From an uncultured Bdellovibrio sp. (GTDB lineage Bacteria; Bdellovibrionota; Bdellovibrionia; Bdellovibrionales; Bdellovibrionaceae), in the NCBI GenBank assembly GCA_963932905.1, contig CAWVRN010000005.1:64001-128000 (forward strand): DNA of 64,000 nt. The letters run 5' to 3'. The position numbers were made by a program, and so were the translations under genes. Numbering within the stretch: position 1 is the first letter of the stretch; each line of letters opens with the position of its first letter. Under the pieces are notes generated by a model. That model made no database searches. It saw nothing but the letters and a program-made list of their open reading frames with translations, and had not been told where the DNA came from. Positions 39,743 through 50,751 of the stretch are shown here, in pieces.

Positions 39743-41515
39743 CTAATTTAGGGCTTTGCCTTCTTCTATTTTCTTTTTCAACTCGGCTAGGCGTTTTACA
39801 TAGCGGTGAGTTCTGACGGCTTCGTCTTTAGGTAGTTCGGTTGACTGAATCGCTTTTGAAATGCGCTCTAAAGGTTCTTTCTTCAATCCTTTTTTGGCCT
39901 CGATTTCTGATACCAAATAGATGGCGCGCAGTTGGTTGTCACCGTAGGAATAAGTCAGAGCATTTTGTGCGTATTTAAGAGCCTCATCCCATTCTTTTAA
40001 ATCTTTCAACACGCTGGCATAGTTATAATGGAACGTAAATTCGCGTGGGTAAACATCGATAATTTTTTCGTACTCGGCTCGCGCACCTTTGACATCGCCG
40101 GATTTGTAGATCGAATAGATACGCTCAAGGTTGTATCCACGATTTGTTGCCGGGTTTTGTTTATATTTTGCGATCAGGTTGTCATATTCTTTTACGATTT
40201 CGGCGTGGGTTTTTTTCTCGTTGTCTGTTTGACCTAATTTTTCAAATGAGTCAGCTTTGTAGTAAAGTAGTTCTAAACGAGTGATCAAATTTAAATCTAA
40301 CGTTTTTTTGGCTAAAGTCGTATTCAGTTTTTTGATATTTGTTTCGTGAACCCACTTTTTCAGTTCTTCATCTTTTAAAGAATCCGCTGTGTTCGTGATC
40401 AGATCTAATTTCTGATGGTAGAAGTCAGAAACGGGGAATTGTTCAAACAAGCTCTTCAGAAGAGGCAATTGTGTCTTGCTCAGCTGGCCTTTATTAGCTT
40501 TAGACTCAGCCAACAACGGCAGCAGTAGAGCCAATTCTTTTTGAGCGAGCGTTACGTGGATATCCTGCATAGCTTGAGAGATATAGGGAAGAGTGCCTTC
40601 GTAGTTTTCTGTGGCAACTAACGCATCGATGATTTCTGAGGCTAGTTTCGGAGTCGGTTTCGTTTTAAAATCGTCCATCTTCTTGGCTAGACTGGTGTTT
40701 TTGTTTTTGATGGCGTAGTCCATTATCTTTACGACTTGTTTTTCAGGAAGATTGCCCAGAAACCGAGTGATTTCTTCACCGGTAGATGTTGCCAAAACAA
40801 CAGTTGGGTATCCCGTCACCGCGTATTTAGATTTTAAATCCCAAGACACTTTGTCATCGGCATCTAGTTTCAACAGAACCATGTTTTTAGCTTTGCCGGC
40901 AAAACCGGGAGTTTTGAAAACAGTTTCGTCAAGGATGTTACACGGCGGGCACCATGTTCCAAAAAAATCGATGAACAATGGCTTGCCAGTAGTGCGAGCT
41001 ATTTCCAACGCCATCTTCGGATCATTCGTAATAAATAATTCTTTTTTGTGAGCCGTTTCTGATGACTTTACGACACCTGTGGGCACCGTGGACGGGCCAT
41101 TGATTTCGGTTGAGGAAACAGTGATGGTGCCTTTGTTGGTAAACTCGGGTTTTGTGGACAACTTTTTGATATCGTCGCAAGTGACCGCCATGTTCTGAGG
41201 CGCGCAAAACGTTTTCTTGTCATCGCAAACGTAGGTTTGTACTTGGTAATCACATTTGCCTTCGCTAGAAACCGTCACCTCAAGTAGCGTCGGTGTCAAA
41301 GTTGAGGGCTTAACATCTTGGCCATTTTTTAAAATTTTTGTCGGTGCCTCTAAGTTGTAGTGATGAGCTGTGTTGGGTTTTACTTTCAAAACTAAATTGG
41401 TGCCTGATTTTTCAAGACGAGCCGACTGAAGGGATTTTCCAAATGCTTGAGCCTGAGTATTTTGGCTGAGACCAACGACTAAAACTAGAGTGGTTACTAA
41501 CATCAATTTATTCAT
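39743..41515 (-). CDS. Secreted thioredoxin-fold protein with TPR-like C-terminus
   Basis: Signal peptide, N-domain with CDDKKTFC, FFGTWCPPC, GYPT cis-Pro motif, helical repeats. Confidence 0.8.
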   Translation of the reverse strand: MNKLMLVTTLVLVVGLSQNTQAQAFGKSLQSARLEKSGTNLVLKVKPNTAHHYNLEAPTKILKNGQDVKPSTLTPTLLEVTVSSEGKCDYQVQTYVCDDKKTFCAPQNMAVTCDDIKKLSTKPEFTNKGTITVSSTEINGPSTVPTGVVKSSETAHKKELFITNDPKMALEIARTTGKPLFIDFFGTWCPPCNILDETVFKTPGFAGKAKNMVLLKLDADDKVSWDLKSKYAVTGYPTVVLATSTGEEITRFLGNLPEKQVVKIMDYAIKNKNTSLAKKMDDFKTKPTPKLASEIIDALVATENYEGTLPYISQAMQDIHVTLAQKELALLLPLLAESKANKGQLSKTQLPLLKSLFEQFPVSDFYHQKLDLITNTADSLKDEELKKWVHETNIKKLNTTLAKKTLDLNLITRLELLYYKADSFEKLGQTDNEKKTHAEIVKEYDNLIAKYKQNPATNRGYNLERIYSIYKSGDVKGARAEYEKIIDVYPREFTFHYNYASVLKDLKEWDEALKYAQNALTYSYGDNQLRAIYLVSEIEAKKGLKKEPLERISKAIQSTELPKDEAVRTHRYVKRLAELKKKIEEGKALN

Positions 41516-41589
41516 AAAACCTCGATGTTCTATTTCTATATCCGCATAAAAGTGTTGGTCAAACTAGAACTTTGCTATAGCGTTAAGGG

Positions 41590-42582
41590 ATGGGAAGACA
41601 CACCTTAATTCAAGATATCGTTGGCCAAACTCCACTTCTTTATTTACCGAGTTTAAGTAAAAAATCAGGTTGTCATATATATGCCAAGGCCGAGTATTTA
41701 AACCCCGGAGGATCGGTTAAGGACCGCACGGCATTAGGCATTATTCGGGATGCTGAAAAACGAGGTGTACTGAAACCGGGAATGACCATCGTTGAAGGAA
41801 CAGCCGGGAATACGGGAATAGGCCTTGCGACAATTGCGGCTCAACGTGGGTACACCTGTTTAATGGTTTTACCTAATAATCAAAGCATTGAAAAATATCA
41901 AACTCTAGAAGCCTTGAATGTCGAGGTTAGAAAAGTTCCACCGTGCCCATTCGCGGATCAAAATCATTTCTATCATCAAGCACGACGAATTTCTGAAAGT
42001 GAGCCTGAAAAATATTTCTGGGCAAATCAGTTCGAGAATACGGCCAATTTTCAAATTCACTACGATACGACTGGCCCGGAAATTTGGAACCAGACCGACA
42101 AAAAAGTAGATATATTCTGCAGTTCCGTTGGAACGGGTGGAACACTGGCGGGGGTTTCTAAATATTTAAAAGAGATGAATCCTAATTGCCATATCGCTTT
42201 ATTAGATCCTATGGGATCGGGTCTGTTCGAGTATGTGAAAACTGGACAAATGAAATCAACCGGCAGTTCTGTGACCGAGGGTATCGGCATCATGCGTGTC
42301 ACTGAAAATTTTAAGCGAGCCAAAGTCGACGAGGCAATGCAGATCAGTGACGATCAGATGATCACGATGCTATACTATCTAGCCAAACACGAAGGTTTGT
42401 TAATAGGTACCTCCGCGGCCTTAAATGTTTATGGAGCGTATCAGCTGGCGCTAAAAAACAAAAACTCAGGTAAAAATATTGTTACTATTTTGTGCGATAG
42501 CGCCTTGAGATATCAATCTAAAGTATTTAACTCCGAGTGGCTTAAAGAAAAAAAACTGACTCCGTCCCAGAATCTTGATTAA
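41590..42582 (+). CDS. cysK: Cysteine synthase (PLP-dependent O-acetylserine sulfhydrylase family)
   Basis: KAEYLNPGGSVKDR, EGTAGNTGIGL, NQFEN, GTGGT, TEGIG. Confidence 0.85.
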   Translation: MGRHTLIQDIVGQTPLLYLPSLSKKSGCHIYAKAEYLNPGGSVKDRTALGIIRDAEKRGVLKPGMTIVEGTAGNTGIGLATIAAQRGYTCLMVLPNNQSIEKYQTLEALNVEVRKVPPCPFADQNHFYHQARRISESEPEKYFWANQFENTANFQIHYDTTGPEIWNQTDKKVDIFCSSVGTGGTLAGVSKYLKEMNPNCHIALLDPMGSGLFEYVKTGQMKSTGSSVTEGIGIMRVTENFKRAKVDEAMQISDDQMITMLYYLAKHEGLLIGTSAALNVYGAYQLALKNKNSGKNIVTILCDSALRYQSKVFNSEWLKEKKLTPSQNLD

Positions 42583-42656
42583 ATTTTAGAGCTAGGAGCC
42601 TAGTTTCTAAAATTTTGTAGAAAAGTTTTGGCTTCCTGGCGATTGAAGGAGGCTTT

Positions 42657-44603
42657 ATGACATCTCTGCCGACGATTCCCGTTAAACCCCATATCAAGCA
42701 AAAAACTGAAGTTAATTGGGACCAATACCAAAAAATGTACAGACAATCGATAGAAAATCCTGAAGAGTTTTGGGGAACACAAGCCGAGCGTCTAACCTGG
42801 TTTAAGAAATGGAATAAAGTTAAAAATACTTCGTTTAAAAAACCGGTCAGCATAAAATGGTTTGAAGGCGGTGAGCTGAATGTTTCTTTCAACTGCATCG
42901 ATCGCCACTTAGAAAAACACGGCGACAAAATTGCGTTCATCTGGGAACCCGACAATCCTAAAAACGAAGCCAAGAAAGTTACCTACAAACAACTATCCGT
43001 TCACGTAAATAAATTTGCTAACATTCTAAAACAACAAGGCATTAAAAAAGGCGATAGAGTGACGATCTACATGCCGATGATTTTAGAAACCGTATACGCC
43101 ATGTTAGCGTGTACTCGTATCGGAGCGATTCATTCGGTCGTATTTGGTGGTTTTGCTCCGGAATCTATCGTCGATCGTATCAACAATGCGGAATCTAAAT
43201 TCGTTATCACGGCCGATGAAGGTTATCGGGGTGGTAAAACGATTCCGCTGAAAGCAAATTTAGATCAAGCACTTGAGAAGGTTAAGATCGTCGAGAAAGT
43301 AATCGTGGTAAAACATTCGGGCAATACAGTTAATATGAAAGCTGGCCGTGATGTTTGGTATCACGAACAACTGCCGAATGTACAAGATTTATGTGAGCCT
43401 GTGAAAATGTCTGCGGAAGATCCAATGTTTTTGTTATACACTTCTGGATCAACTGGAAAACCAAAAGGTGTTATGCATACAACGGGCGGATACTTGCTGT
43501 ATGCATCGATGACTCACAAATATGTTTTTGATATTCAAGACACCGATGTTTATTGGTGTACGGCCGATGTAGGCTGGGTCACGGGTCATTCCTATATTGT
43601 GTACGGACCGCTATGTAATGGAACAACCAGCGTGATATTCGAAGGTGTTCCAAATTTTCCAAATTCGTCACGTCTATGGGACGTCGTAGATAAATATAAA
43701 GTGTCTGTATTTTATACTGCGCCAACGGCATTGCGTGCATTGATGAAAGAAGGCGAAGCGCCAGTCAAGGCAACATCACGCAAGTCATTGCGTGTGCTTG
43801 GTAGCGTGGGCGAGCCCATTAATCCCGAGGCTTGGATGTGGTACTACACTGTAGTCGGTGATGAACGTTGCCCGATCGTAGATACTTGGTGGCAAACAGA
43901 AACGGGCGGCATTATGATTTCTCCGCTTCCGGGTGCGACACCATTGAAACCAGGATCGGCAACATTACCTTTCTTTGGTGTGCAACCCAAACTTCTAACT
44001 CCCGAAGGGGCGGAACTTAAGGGTGAAGCCGAAGGTGTGTTAGTATTAACTGATTCGTGGCCAGGCCAGATGCGAACCGTTTATCAAGATCATGCACGTT
44101 TTGAAGAGACCTATTTTTCAACATACGCTGGATACTATTTCACGGGCGATGGTTGCCGCCGTGATGCTGATGGGTACTATTGGATAACAGGTCGAGTGGA
44201 CGACGTATTGAATGTTTCGGGACACCGGTTAGGAACAGCCGAAATTGAAAGTGCCTTAGTGGCAAATCAAAAAGTGGCTGAGGCCGCAGTCGTTGGTTAC
44301 CCACACGACATCAAAGGCCAAGGCATTTATGCCTACGTCACCCTGAAAGTAGGGGTTGTGGCATCGGATGAACTTAAGAAGGAACTCGTGCAGTGGGTTC
44401 GTAAAGAAATCGGGCCTATTGCAACACCGGATATTTTGCAATGGGCACCGGGGTTACCAAAAACTCGGTCTGGCAAGATCATGCGCCGTATTTTACGTAA
44501 AATCGCCGAGAACAAAACGGGTGAACTGGGAGATACTTCGACCTTGGCTGACCCATCGGTGGTTGATGATCTGGTAAAAAATCGTCAAAACCTAAAATCG
44601 TAA
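42657..44603 (+). CDS. acs: Acetyl-CoA synthetase
   Basis: [32 protein letters not shown]. Confidence 0.96.
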   Translation: MTSLPTIPVKPHIKQKTEVNWDQYQKMYRQSIENPEEFWGTQAERLTWFKKWNKVKNTSFKKPVSIKWFEGGELNVSFNCIDRHLEKHGDKIAFIWEPDNPKNEAKKVTYKQLSVHVNKFANILKQQGIKKGDRVTIYMPMILETVYAMLACTRIGAIHSVVFGGFAPESIVDRINNAESKFVITADEGYRGGKTIPLKANLDQALEKVKIVEKVIVVKHSGNTVNMKAGRDVWYHEQLPNVQDLCEPVKMSAEDPMFLLYTSGSTGKPKGVMHTTGGYLLYASMTHKYVFDIQDTDVYWCTADVGWVTGHSYIVYGPLCNGTTSVIFEGVPNFPNSSRLWDVVDKYKVSVFYTAPTALRALMKEGEAPVKATSRKSLRVLGSVGEPINPEAWMWYYTVVGDERCPIVDTWWQTETGGIMISPLPGATPLKPGSATLPFFGVQPKLLTPEGAELKGEAEGVLVLTDSWPGQMRTVYQDHARFEETYFSTYAGYYFTGDGCRRDADGYYWITGRVDDVLNVSGHRLGTAEIESALVANQKVAEAAVVGYPHDIKGQGIYAYVTLKVGVVASDELKKELVQWVRKEIGPIATPDILQWAPGLPKTRSGKIMRRILRKIAENKTGELGDTSTLADPSVVDDLVKNRQNLKS

Positions 44604-44706
44604 GCGGTATAAGAGTGCATCGGGGGCAGCAAGAGGCTTTATCGCTTTTTGGCTGTACTCTGATTTGTGCCTGTAGTATTTAAAAATCATCGAGCAGGGA
44701 GTATAT

Positions 44707-45255
44707 ATGAAATCAATGAAAACAGGATCTGAAATTCTATTTGTATTATTCATGGTGGTTTTAGGTGTAGTTAGCCGGATGATGCCACATCCTTGGAATT
44801 TCACTGCGATTGGTTCAATGGCTTTATTTTCTGGATTTTCGATGAAATCAAACAAGTACCTAATGATTGTTCCTTTTGTTTGTTTAGTGATTTCTGATTC
44901 TTTGATTGGTTTTTATGATGGTATGATCTACACCTACATTGGTTTTGCTGTCGGTATGTTGCTATCGGTAGCCTACTTCCGCAAGCAAGATACTTTTTCA
45001 TTCGGTGGCCGAGTGATGACATTGGCTGGTTTGTCTGTAGTTTCTAGTTTTTTGTTTTTTCTAATCACTAACTTTGGGGTTTGGAAAGGCGCTACGTTTT
45101 ACACTCAAGACCTATCTGGTTTAATAACTTGTTATGTGGCTGGTTTGCCGTTCCTATTTAATCAAATTGCGGGTGATTTATTCTATGCAGCTATTGTGTT
45201 CGGTCTATATGAATACTTAACGGCACCAAGCAAAAATGCGCGCGTAGTTGCTTAG
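44707..45255 (+). CDS. DUF6580-like putative transport membrane protein
   Basis: RMMPHPWNFTAIGSMALF, FFLITNFGVW, CYVAGLPF. Confidence 0.75.
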   Translation: MKSMKTGSEILFVLFMVVLGVVSRMMPHPWNFTAIGSMALFSGFSMKSNKYLMIVPFVCLVISDSLIGFYDGMIYTYIGFAVGMLLSVAYFRKQDTFSFGGRVMTLAGLSVVSSFLFFLITNFGVWKGATFYTQDLSGLITCYVAGLPFLFNQIAGDLFYAAIVFGLYEYLTAPSKNARVVA

Positions 45256-45259
45256 TTAG

Positions 45260-45778
45260 TTATTTAGCAGGTTTGATTTTTTTATTCATTTCCGCAACAC
45301 GTTCTATTTGTAGCGTCTTGAATTTTTCTAATTTAGTGCGAACAGAAGAGTCTGAGTTTGCTATGATAGAAACGGCCAAGATACCCGCGTTGTAGGCATT
45401 GTCGATGGCTACGGTCGCAACAGGAACACCTTTTGGCATTTGCACAATAGAAAGTAGTGAATCCATACCTTGCAGATTCTTTTGGCTAATAGGAACACCG
45501 ATGACTGGCAATGTGGTGAGCGACGCCATCATTCCAGGCAGGTGAGCAGCACCCCCGGCGCCCGCAATAATAGCTTGGTAACCAGTCTCAACCGCAGACA
45601 CAGCAAATTCATACATTTTTTTAGGCGTACGGTGAGCCGAGACAACTTCTAAGTGAAATGAAATTCCAAATTCCTTTAAGGCATCGGCGGCCTCGTTCAT
45701 GACCTTAAGATCACTCTCACTGCCCATCACTATAGCGACACGTTTTGGTCCAGACGATGCGGATTTGGTTTTTTTCAT
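45260..45778 (-). CDS. purE: N5-CAIR mutase
   Basis: [38 protein letters not shown]. Confidence 0.97.
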   Translation of the reverse strand: MKKTKSASSGPKRVAIVMGSESDLKVMNEAADALKEFGISFHLEVVSAHRTPKKMYEFAVSAVETGYQAIIAGAGGAAHLPGMMASLTTLPVIGVPISQKNLQGMDSLLSIVQMPKGVPVATVAIDNAYNAGILAVSIIANSDSSVRTKLEKFKTLQIERVAEMNKKIKPAK

Positions 45779-45787
45779 TTTAATCTC

Positions 45788-46933
45788 CTAGAGCTTAAAG
45801 CGCTTTCGTTCGATTTGAGCTAGTTTCAATAAGTTTTTGGATGTCATAACATTGGATGTGTAATTGATATGGCCCAACTTGCGCCCACTTCGGTTTTGAC
45901 TTTTGCCATACCAATAAAGTGTTCCCGATAAATTTTTAGGAACAATAACAGGTTCTTCATTTGTTCCTACTAAATTTACCATACAGAATTGTTTTGAGCG
46001 TGGTGTAACGGGAACAGATAAATCCCAGTTCAGCACTGATTTTAAGTGAAGTGTGAATTGGTCTTGAGACAAAGCATCCAGAGTGTAGTGAGCCGAGTTG
46101 TGAACACGAGGAGCCGTTTCATTAACTATTAATTCATTTCCATCTACGAAAAATTCAAATGTTAAGGCACCGACATAATCGATTTTTTTCATTAGTGAGT
46201 TTATTTTTAATTTCATTTTATTAAAACCCGAATGCCGAATCGGACCATAAACGTAATCGCACTTGCTTTGGCTCTGTTTAGAAAACACTAATGGGGTATG
46301 TGTTGTTTGTCCCTTTTCATTTCGAAAGAAAGTTACCGCACATTCGTATTCGAAAGATATAAATGCTTCGGCGATAAAACCGATTTTAAAATCAGTGATG
46401 GTCGCAACTAATTTTTGATGTTCCTTTTTGTTTTTAACGATGAACGTGCCGTAGCCATCATAGCCTCCAAAGCGCTTTTTCAAAACGTATTTGAATTTAA
46501 AAAAGTCGCCGGCATGTTCAAGCTCTTTAGTATCGGATACTTTTACAAATGGCGAGGTTTCGACAAAATGGCTTTCAAACAGGGATTTTTGTAGGAAACG
46601 ATCTTGGAATGTTTTGATCTGGCTTAAATTTGGAAAAATTTGCAAGGTCTTTGGGGCTACATCCTGGATCAAAATAACATCTGCGAATTCACTTTCAAAT
46701 GTGAGCACAGATATGTTTTTTAGAAACTCGGCAAGGTCATTTGAGTTATTGGGGCTGCCTTTAACCCAATGATTTGTAACTTGGGCCGCAGGGTCGTTTT
46801 TGTTTTCTGATAGAACCCATACGTCGATACCTAAATTTTGGCCTTTTTCGACCAAATAGCGTGCTAACTGTCCACCACCAAGGATACCGACAGAAGTGGG
46901 AGTTTTAATTGCGCTTGATGTCTTTACAGGCAT
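45788..46933 (-). CDS. purK: N5-CAIR synthetase
   Basis: GILGGGQLA, TFESE, GYDGYG, NETAPRVHNSAH, GRKLGH. Confidence 0.93.
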   Translation of the reverse strand: MPVKTSSAIKTPTSVGILGGGQLARYLVEKGQNLGIDVWVLSENKNDPAAQVTNHWVKGSPNNSNDLAEFLKNISVLTFESEFADVILIQDVAPKTLQIFPNLSQIKTFQDRFLQKSLFESHFVETSPFVKVSDTKELEHAGDFFKFKYVLKKRFGGYDGYGTFIVKNKKEHQKLVATITDFKIGFIAEAFISFEYECAVTFFRNEKGQTTHTPLVFSKQSQSKCDYVYGPIRHSGFNKMKLKINSLMKKIDYVGALTFEFFVDGNELIVNETAPRVHNSAHYTLDALSQDQFTLHLKSVLNWDLSVPVTPRSKQFCMVNLVGTNEEPVIVPKNLSGTLYWYGKSQNRSGRKLGHINYTSNVMTSKNLLKLAQIERKRFKL

Positions 46934-47008
46934 GCACTAAATATACATGGAGCCTGCCAAATTTCAAGTTTATGTAGTTGTCAGAGCCAGATTAATCTTG
47001 GGGTAATT

Positions 47009-48034
47009 GTGAATCAAGTCGACTGGAAACTAGTTAATTTTCCGCTGTGCCTGGCGCCGATGGTTGGCTTAAGTCACATCGTTCTGCGGGAAATAATTCA
47101 GAGTTATATGCCGACTGGTGCATTAACTCTGTGGCCTTCGGAAATGCTGAACTCACGTCGAGTTCCTGGCGAAAACCTAGCCACAACTCCAGAGACAATG
47201 AAGCTAGAAAATGAAACATTTTTTGTGCCTCAAATTTTGGGTAACGAACAAAAACCAATCGAAGAGACGATCAGAAAATTAAAAGCGTGGGGGGCACACG
47301 GAATTGATATCAATATGGGTTGCCCAGTTCAAAAAGCACTTAAGCATAATTACGGTGTCGCATTGATGGGTGATATTGATTATGCCGCCAATGTTGTGAA
47401 TATGGCGGCCTCAAGTAGCTCTTTGCCTGTTTCGGTAAAACTGCGTGCGGTTGAAAGTCAGCAAAGTGGGCAAGACCTTGTTACATTTGTTTCGCGGTTA
47501 ATAGATGCCGGCGCCAGTTGGATTTGTTTACATCCTCGAGTTCCCTCTCAACAGCGCCGCGGAAGCGCGGATTGGGCGCAGATCAAGCTATTGAAACAAT
47601 CGGTATCGGTTCCTATCGTTGGAAATGGGGATGTCCAAACCGCGGCGGATGTTTGGCGTATGAAAGAGGAAACGGGTTGTGACATGGTAATGGCTGGACG
47701 TGCACTTGCGGCGCGTCCGTGGATGGTTGCTCAGATTGCCCAAGATATGGGGTATGATATTGGCTACGTCGCTCGCACGAGTGAAGAAGAAGCCACCGAG
47801 TACGGTTTGTGTTTATTAAAATATATTCAACTATCAAGAAAGTATTTTGGAAATAATTTAGCGCTTAGAAAAGTGAATTTTTATCTGCGAACAACAACGC
47901 CTTGGCTAGAGTTCGGTCATTCTTTGATCGGTATTGGGCAGAAAGCTAAATCTACCGAAGAGCTAGAGTTGGCCGTAGTAGATTTTTTTAGATACGGCCA
48001 TCGCATGAGTTCATATACGGAACTACGTCAGTAA
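47009..48034 (+). CDS. tRNA-dihydrouridine synthase family protein
   Basis: LAPMVG, DINMGCP, PVSVKLR, VGNGDV, VMAGR. Confidence 0.9.
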   Translation: MNQVDWKLVNFPLCLAPMVGLSHIVLREIIQSYMPTGALTLWPSEMLNSRRVPGENLATTPETMKLENETFFVPQILGNEQKPIEETIRKLKAWGAHGIDINMGCPVQKALKHNYGVALMGDIDYAANVVNMAASSSSLPVSVKLRAVESQQSGQDLVTFVSRLIDAGASWICLHPRVPSQQRRGSADWAQIKLLKQSVSVPIVGNGDVQTAADVWRMKEETGCDMVMAGRALAARPWMVAQIAQDMGYDIGYVARTSEEEATEYGLCLLKYIQLSRKYFGNNLALRKVNFYLRTTTPWLEFGHSLIGIGQKAKSTEELELAVVDFFRYGHRMSSYTELRQ

Positions 48035-48037
48035 AAA

Positions 48038-48301
48038 CTATTTAGCCAGCATGGGGTCAAGTTTGTTGTCGTTCTCAAGGGCAACTAAATCCGTGTAACC
48101 ACCAACAAGTTCGTTATTGATAAGAATGATTGGCATGGTAGCCCAGCCAGTTTCGGCTTTCATACGGTCCATTTCAGGTTGATTACCAGTCAGGTCGACC
48201 TCTTCAAATGGAATATCTCGGGCATTTAGAAAATTAATGGCGCGGGTGCAGAAGGGACAAGGGTCTTTGGTGTAGATGACTACTTTTGCATTTGTTTTCA
48301 T
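48038..48301 (-). CDS. grxC: Glutaredoxin 3
   Basis: CPFC, TMPII, VGGYTDL. Confidence 0.9.
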   Translation of the reverse strand: MKTNAKVVIYTKDPCPFCTRAINFLNARDIPFEEVDLTGNQPEMDRMKAETGWATMPIILINNELVGGYTDLVALENDNKLDPMLAK

Positions 48302-48380
48302 AGGTTAAGTATAGCTTAGTTTTCGGCATAAGAACAGAAATGATGTTGAACAACATCGGCCTAAGACCAAATATATTGGT

Positions 48381-49283
48381 TTAAAGACGAAATGACTGAA
48401 ATTGAGAAAGTTCATCGATCAAAGAAAGGAAGCGGTTATCCAGCATCATAATTTTCAGAAAGTCGATTTTGCCTAATGATTCTGGAGATACGTTCATGCC
48501 ATAAAGGCGTAAATAGAATGTTGTTGTGACCCAGCGAAAACGAGGATTGAGTTCAAAGGCGATTTTAGAAACCGAGCGCATCATTTTTTGAACAGAGATC
48601 GGATGTTGATAAAGCTCAAGCATTTTCAGAAGCTGAGCAAAATCCGAATCTTTGATTTTTTCGTGTAAGAAATTTGAAAATAGGTAGCTGCCAATAAGAA
48701 ACTTAATTGCGGAAGATTGGCCAATTTCAGCAACTAGTCGTTTTAATTGTGAACGATCGTTATACATGAAAATATAAGAATTTAATTCGTAAAATATACG
48801 ATGAGCCATATCTTCGGCATCAACGATTCCAAGTAATTCGCATGTGTTTGAAAATGATTCTTCTACAAGTAACCGTAAGATGGCACTGTCCGAATCAGTT
48901 TCGTCTTTGAAAATAGTGTTTGAAATCGATCTGGAAATAGCATGGCAAGACTCATGAAACACATGGTTTTGTTTTAGGTTGTCGGTGACGTCGTCCCACG
49001 TCGTGATGTTTTTAATTTGAGCTTCGATGTCCACTAACACATTTACATTATCGACATAAGGAACGGTTTTGTTCTTGAGAACGATTTCCAGTTGACTGAG
49101 GGGAAGCGCCAAATACTTCGAATCAACCTGGTCGGTGTACTTAAAATCTAATTGGGTAGCCATAGTACGAACAGCGCGATATAAAGAATTATTCTTTAGT
49201 AAGAACCCATCGCCCAAGTTTTTAGGCAGACTTAAATCTGTTTGATTTTGTTGGTGTAATTCAAGGAGTCGAGCTATTTTCAT
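48381..49283 (-). CDS. Hypothetical protein with HExxH motif
   Basis: VFHESCHA followed by EESFSN; ATG 49283 chosen as the likely start. Confidence 0.6.
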   Translation of the reverse strand: MKIARLLELHQQNQTDLSLPKNLGDGFLLKNNSLYRAVRTMATQLDFKYTDQVDSKYLALPLSQLEIVLKNKTVPYVDNVNVLVDIEAQIKNITTWDDVTDNLKQNHVFHESCHAISRSISNTIFKDETDSDSAILRLLVEESFSNTCELLGIVDAEDMAHRIFYELNSYIFMYNDRSQLKRLVAEIGQSSAIKFLIGSYLFSNFLHEKIKDSDFAQLLKMLELYQHPISVQKMMRSVSKIAFELNPRFRWVTTTFYLRLYGMNVSPESLGKIDFLKIMMLDNRFLSLIDELSQFQSFRL

Positions 49284-49421
49284 GACCCTTAACAGGTATC
49301 CAGGATCAGGTCTAACAGCAAGTTCTAAGATAATATTAGAGAATTTACAGGTCCAAAACAAACGGACCATGGTGTTTTTGTGGTTTTTATATTATAGTCG
49401 GCTTGATTTCGGAGACTACTG

Positions 49422-50198
49422 TTGAAGTTCAAATACATTGTTCCACCACTCTATGAACGTTTTTTTCCAAAAGTTTTTTGGTCGTCGTCACTTGCCGAAA
49501 CTAAAGCGACTTGTCATCAGTGTATTCAGGCACCTAAAAAATATGATCACGATTTGAAGTGTTGTACCTTTTGGCCGTTTATTCCAAATTATGTGGTCGG
49601 CCAAATTTTGTTAAGTACTGAAGAGAAATACAAAGAAGCGAAAGCATTGATTCAAAGTCATATCGAGCAACGTCGTTGGAATTTGCCGATCGGATTAGTG
49701 GCACCTGCAGACTATCAGGTCGATTTCAAAAAAAATAAGAAAAAAATATTTGGACGTGATGAATCTTTCTTGTGTCCGTATTATTCTCGTAAAAATAATA
49801 ACTGCAGTTTATGGTTGTATCGTGGCAGCGTGTGTACGAGTTTCTTTTGTGAATCTAGCTATGGGAAATCAGGTAGCCAGTTCTGGCATCAGTTTGAAAA
49901 CTATTTTAGCTATTTGGAAATGGGTATGTCGCAAGAAGTTTTAGCTTATAAGGACTATTCACCACGCGATGTGAACGAACAGCTGGAATTTCTAATGGCC
50001 GAGAAGAAAATTAAATTGGGTTTGCCAAAGTATAAAAAGATTTGGAAACACTTTTACGGAAACGAACAGGATTTCTATATTCAATCCGCTCGATTTGTAA
50101 ACCAAATGCCAGACACCCAAGTTGCCGAAATTTTAGGCGAGACTGGTATTGAGATTCGAAAACAAATGGTTACCGCATTCAAGCAGGCAAAAGCCTAA
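49422..50198 (+). CDS. Cys-rich YkgJ/CxxCxxCC-like metal-cluster protein
   Basis: CHQC..KCC, CPYY..NCSLW..RGSVCTSFFC. Confidence 0.65.
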   Translation: MKFKYIVPPLYERFFPKVFWSSSLAETKATCHQCIQAPKKYDHDLKCCTFWPFIPNYVVGQILLSTEEKYKEAKALIQSHIEQRRWNLPIGLVAPADYQVDFKKNKKKIFGRDESFLCPYYSRKNNNCSLWLYRGSVCTSFFCESSYGKSGSQFWHQFENYFSYLEMGMSQEVLAYKDYSPRDVNEQLEFLMAEKKIKLGLPKYKKIWKHFYGNEQDFYIQSARFVNQMPDTQVAEILGETGIEIRKQMVTAFKQAKA

Positions 50199-50200
50199 AT

Positions 50201-50662
50201 TTATTTGACCAGATTTTTTTTGATCCATTCAAAATCAGTTTTCGTTACGGGTTGAATACTTAGGCGTTGTCCACGTTTCAATACAAGTAGTTCGCTGAGC
50301 TCTTTTGTTGATTTCAATTTTTCTAACGTAATTATCTCGTTAAATTTTTTCTCAAAACCGACTTCTACGCAGTACCAGATAGGCTTTTCTTTGGTCGCCT
50401 TGCTGTCAAAATATTTTGATTTCTTGTCGAACTGAGAAGGGTCGGGTTGTTTCTCTTTCGTTATAACAGCCAGACCGGCAATACCAGGTGGTTCGCAACT
50501 AGAATGATAAAATAGAACTTCATCGCCTTCTTTCATGTCGTTCATCATAAAATTGCGGGCTTGATAGTTGCGAACGCCTTCCCAAAGGGTAGTCTTGTCC
50601 TTTTTTAGATGATCAATAGAAAATACATCGGGTTCCGATTTCATAAGCCAAAAGTTTTTCAT
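50201..50662 (-). CDS. EVE domain protein (THYN1-like)
   Basis: WLMKSEP, WEGVRNYQARN, FYHS, RLSIQPV. Confidence 0.95.
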   Translation of the reverse strand: MKNFWLMKSEPDVFSIDHLKKDKTTLWEGVRNYQARNFMMNDMKEGDEVLFYHSSCEPPGIAGLAVITKEKQPDPSQFDKKSKYFDSKATKEKPIWYCVEVGFEKKFNEIITLEKLKSTKELSELLVLKRGQRLSIQPVTKTDFEWIKKNLVK

Positions 50663-50751
50663 AGTAAGTACTATATATAACCGCAGCTATTCAAAAGTCG
50701 AGGTAATAGTTAAACAACTGTTTTTACAAACTCTTGTGGTAACATTGACCC

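Noticed and set aside
44604..44706. Cobalamin or other riboswitch ahead of the DUF6580-like gene
   Set aside because: Only ~100 nt, with no B12-box or other recognisable aptamer motif.
48342..48357. Short palindrome GATGTTG-AA-CAACATC upstream of grxC
   Set aside because: 7-bp arms can arise by chance and no second copy was noticed in the window.
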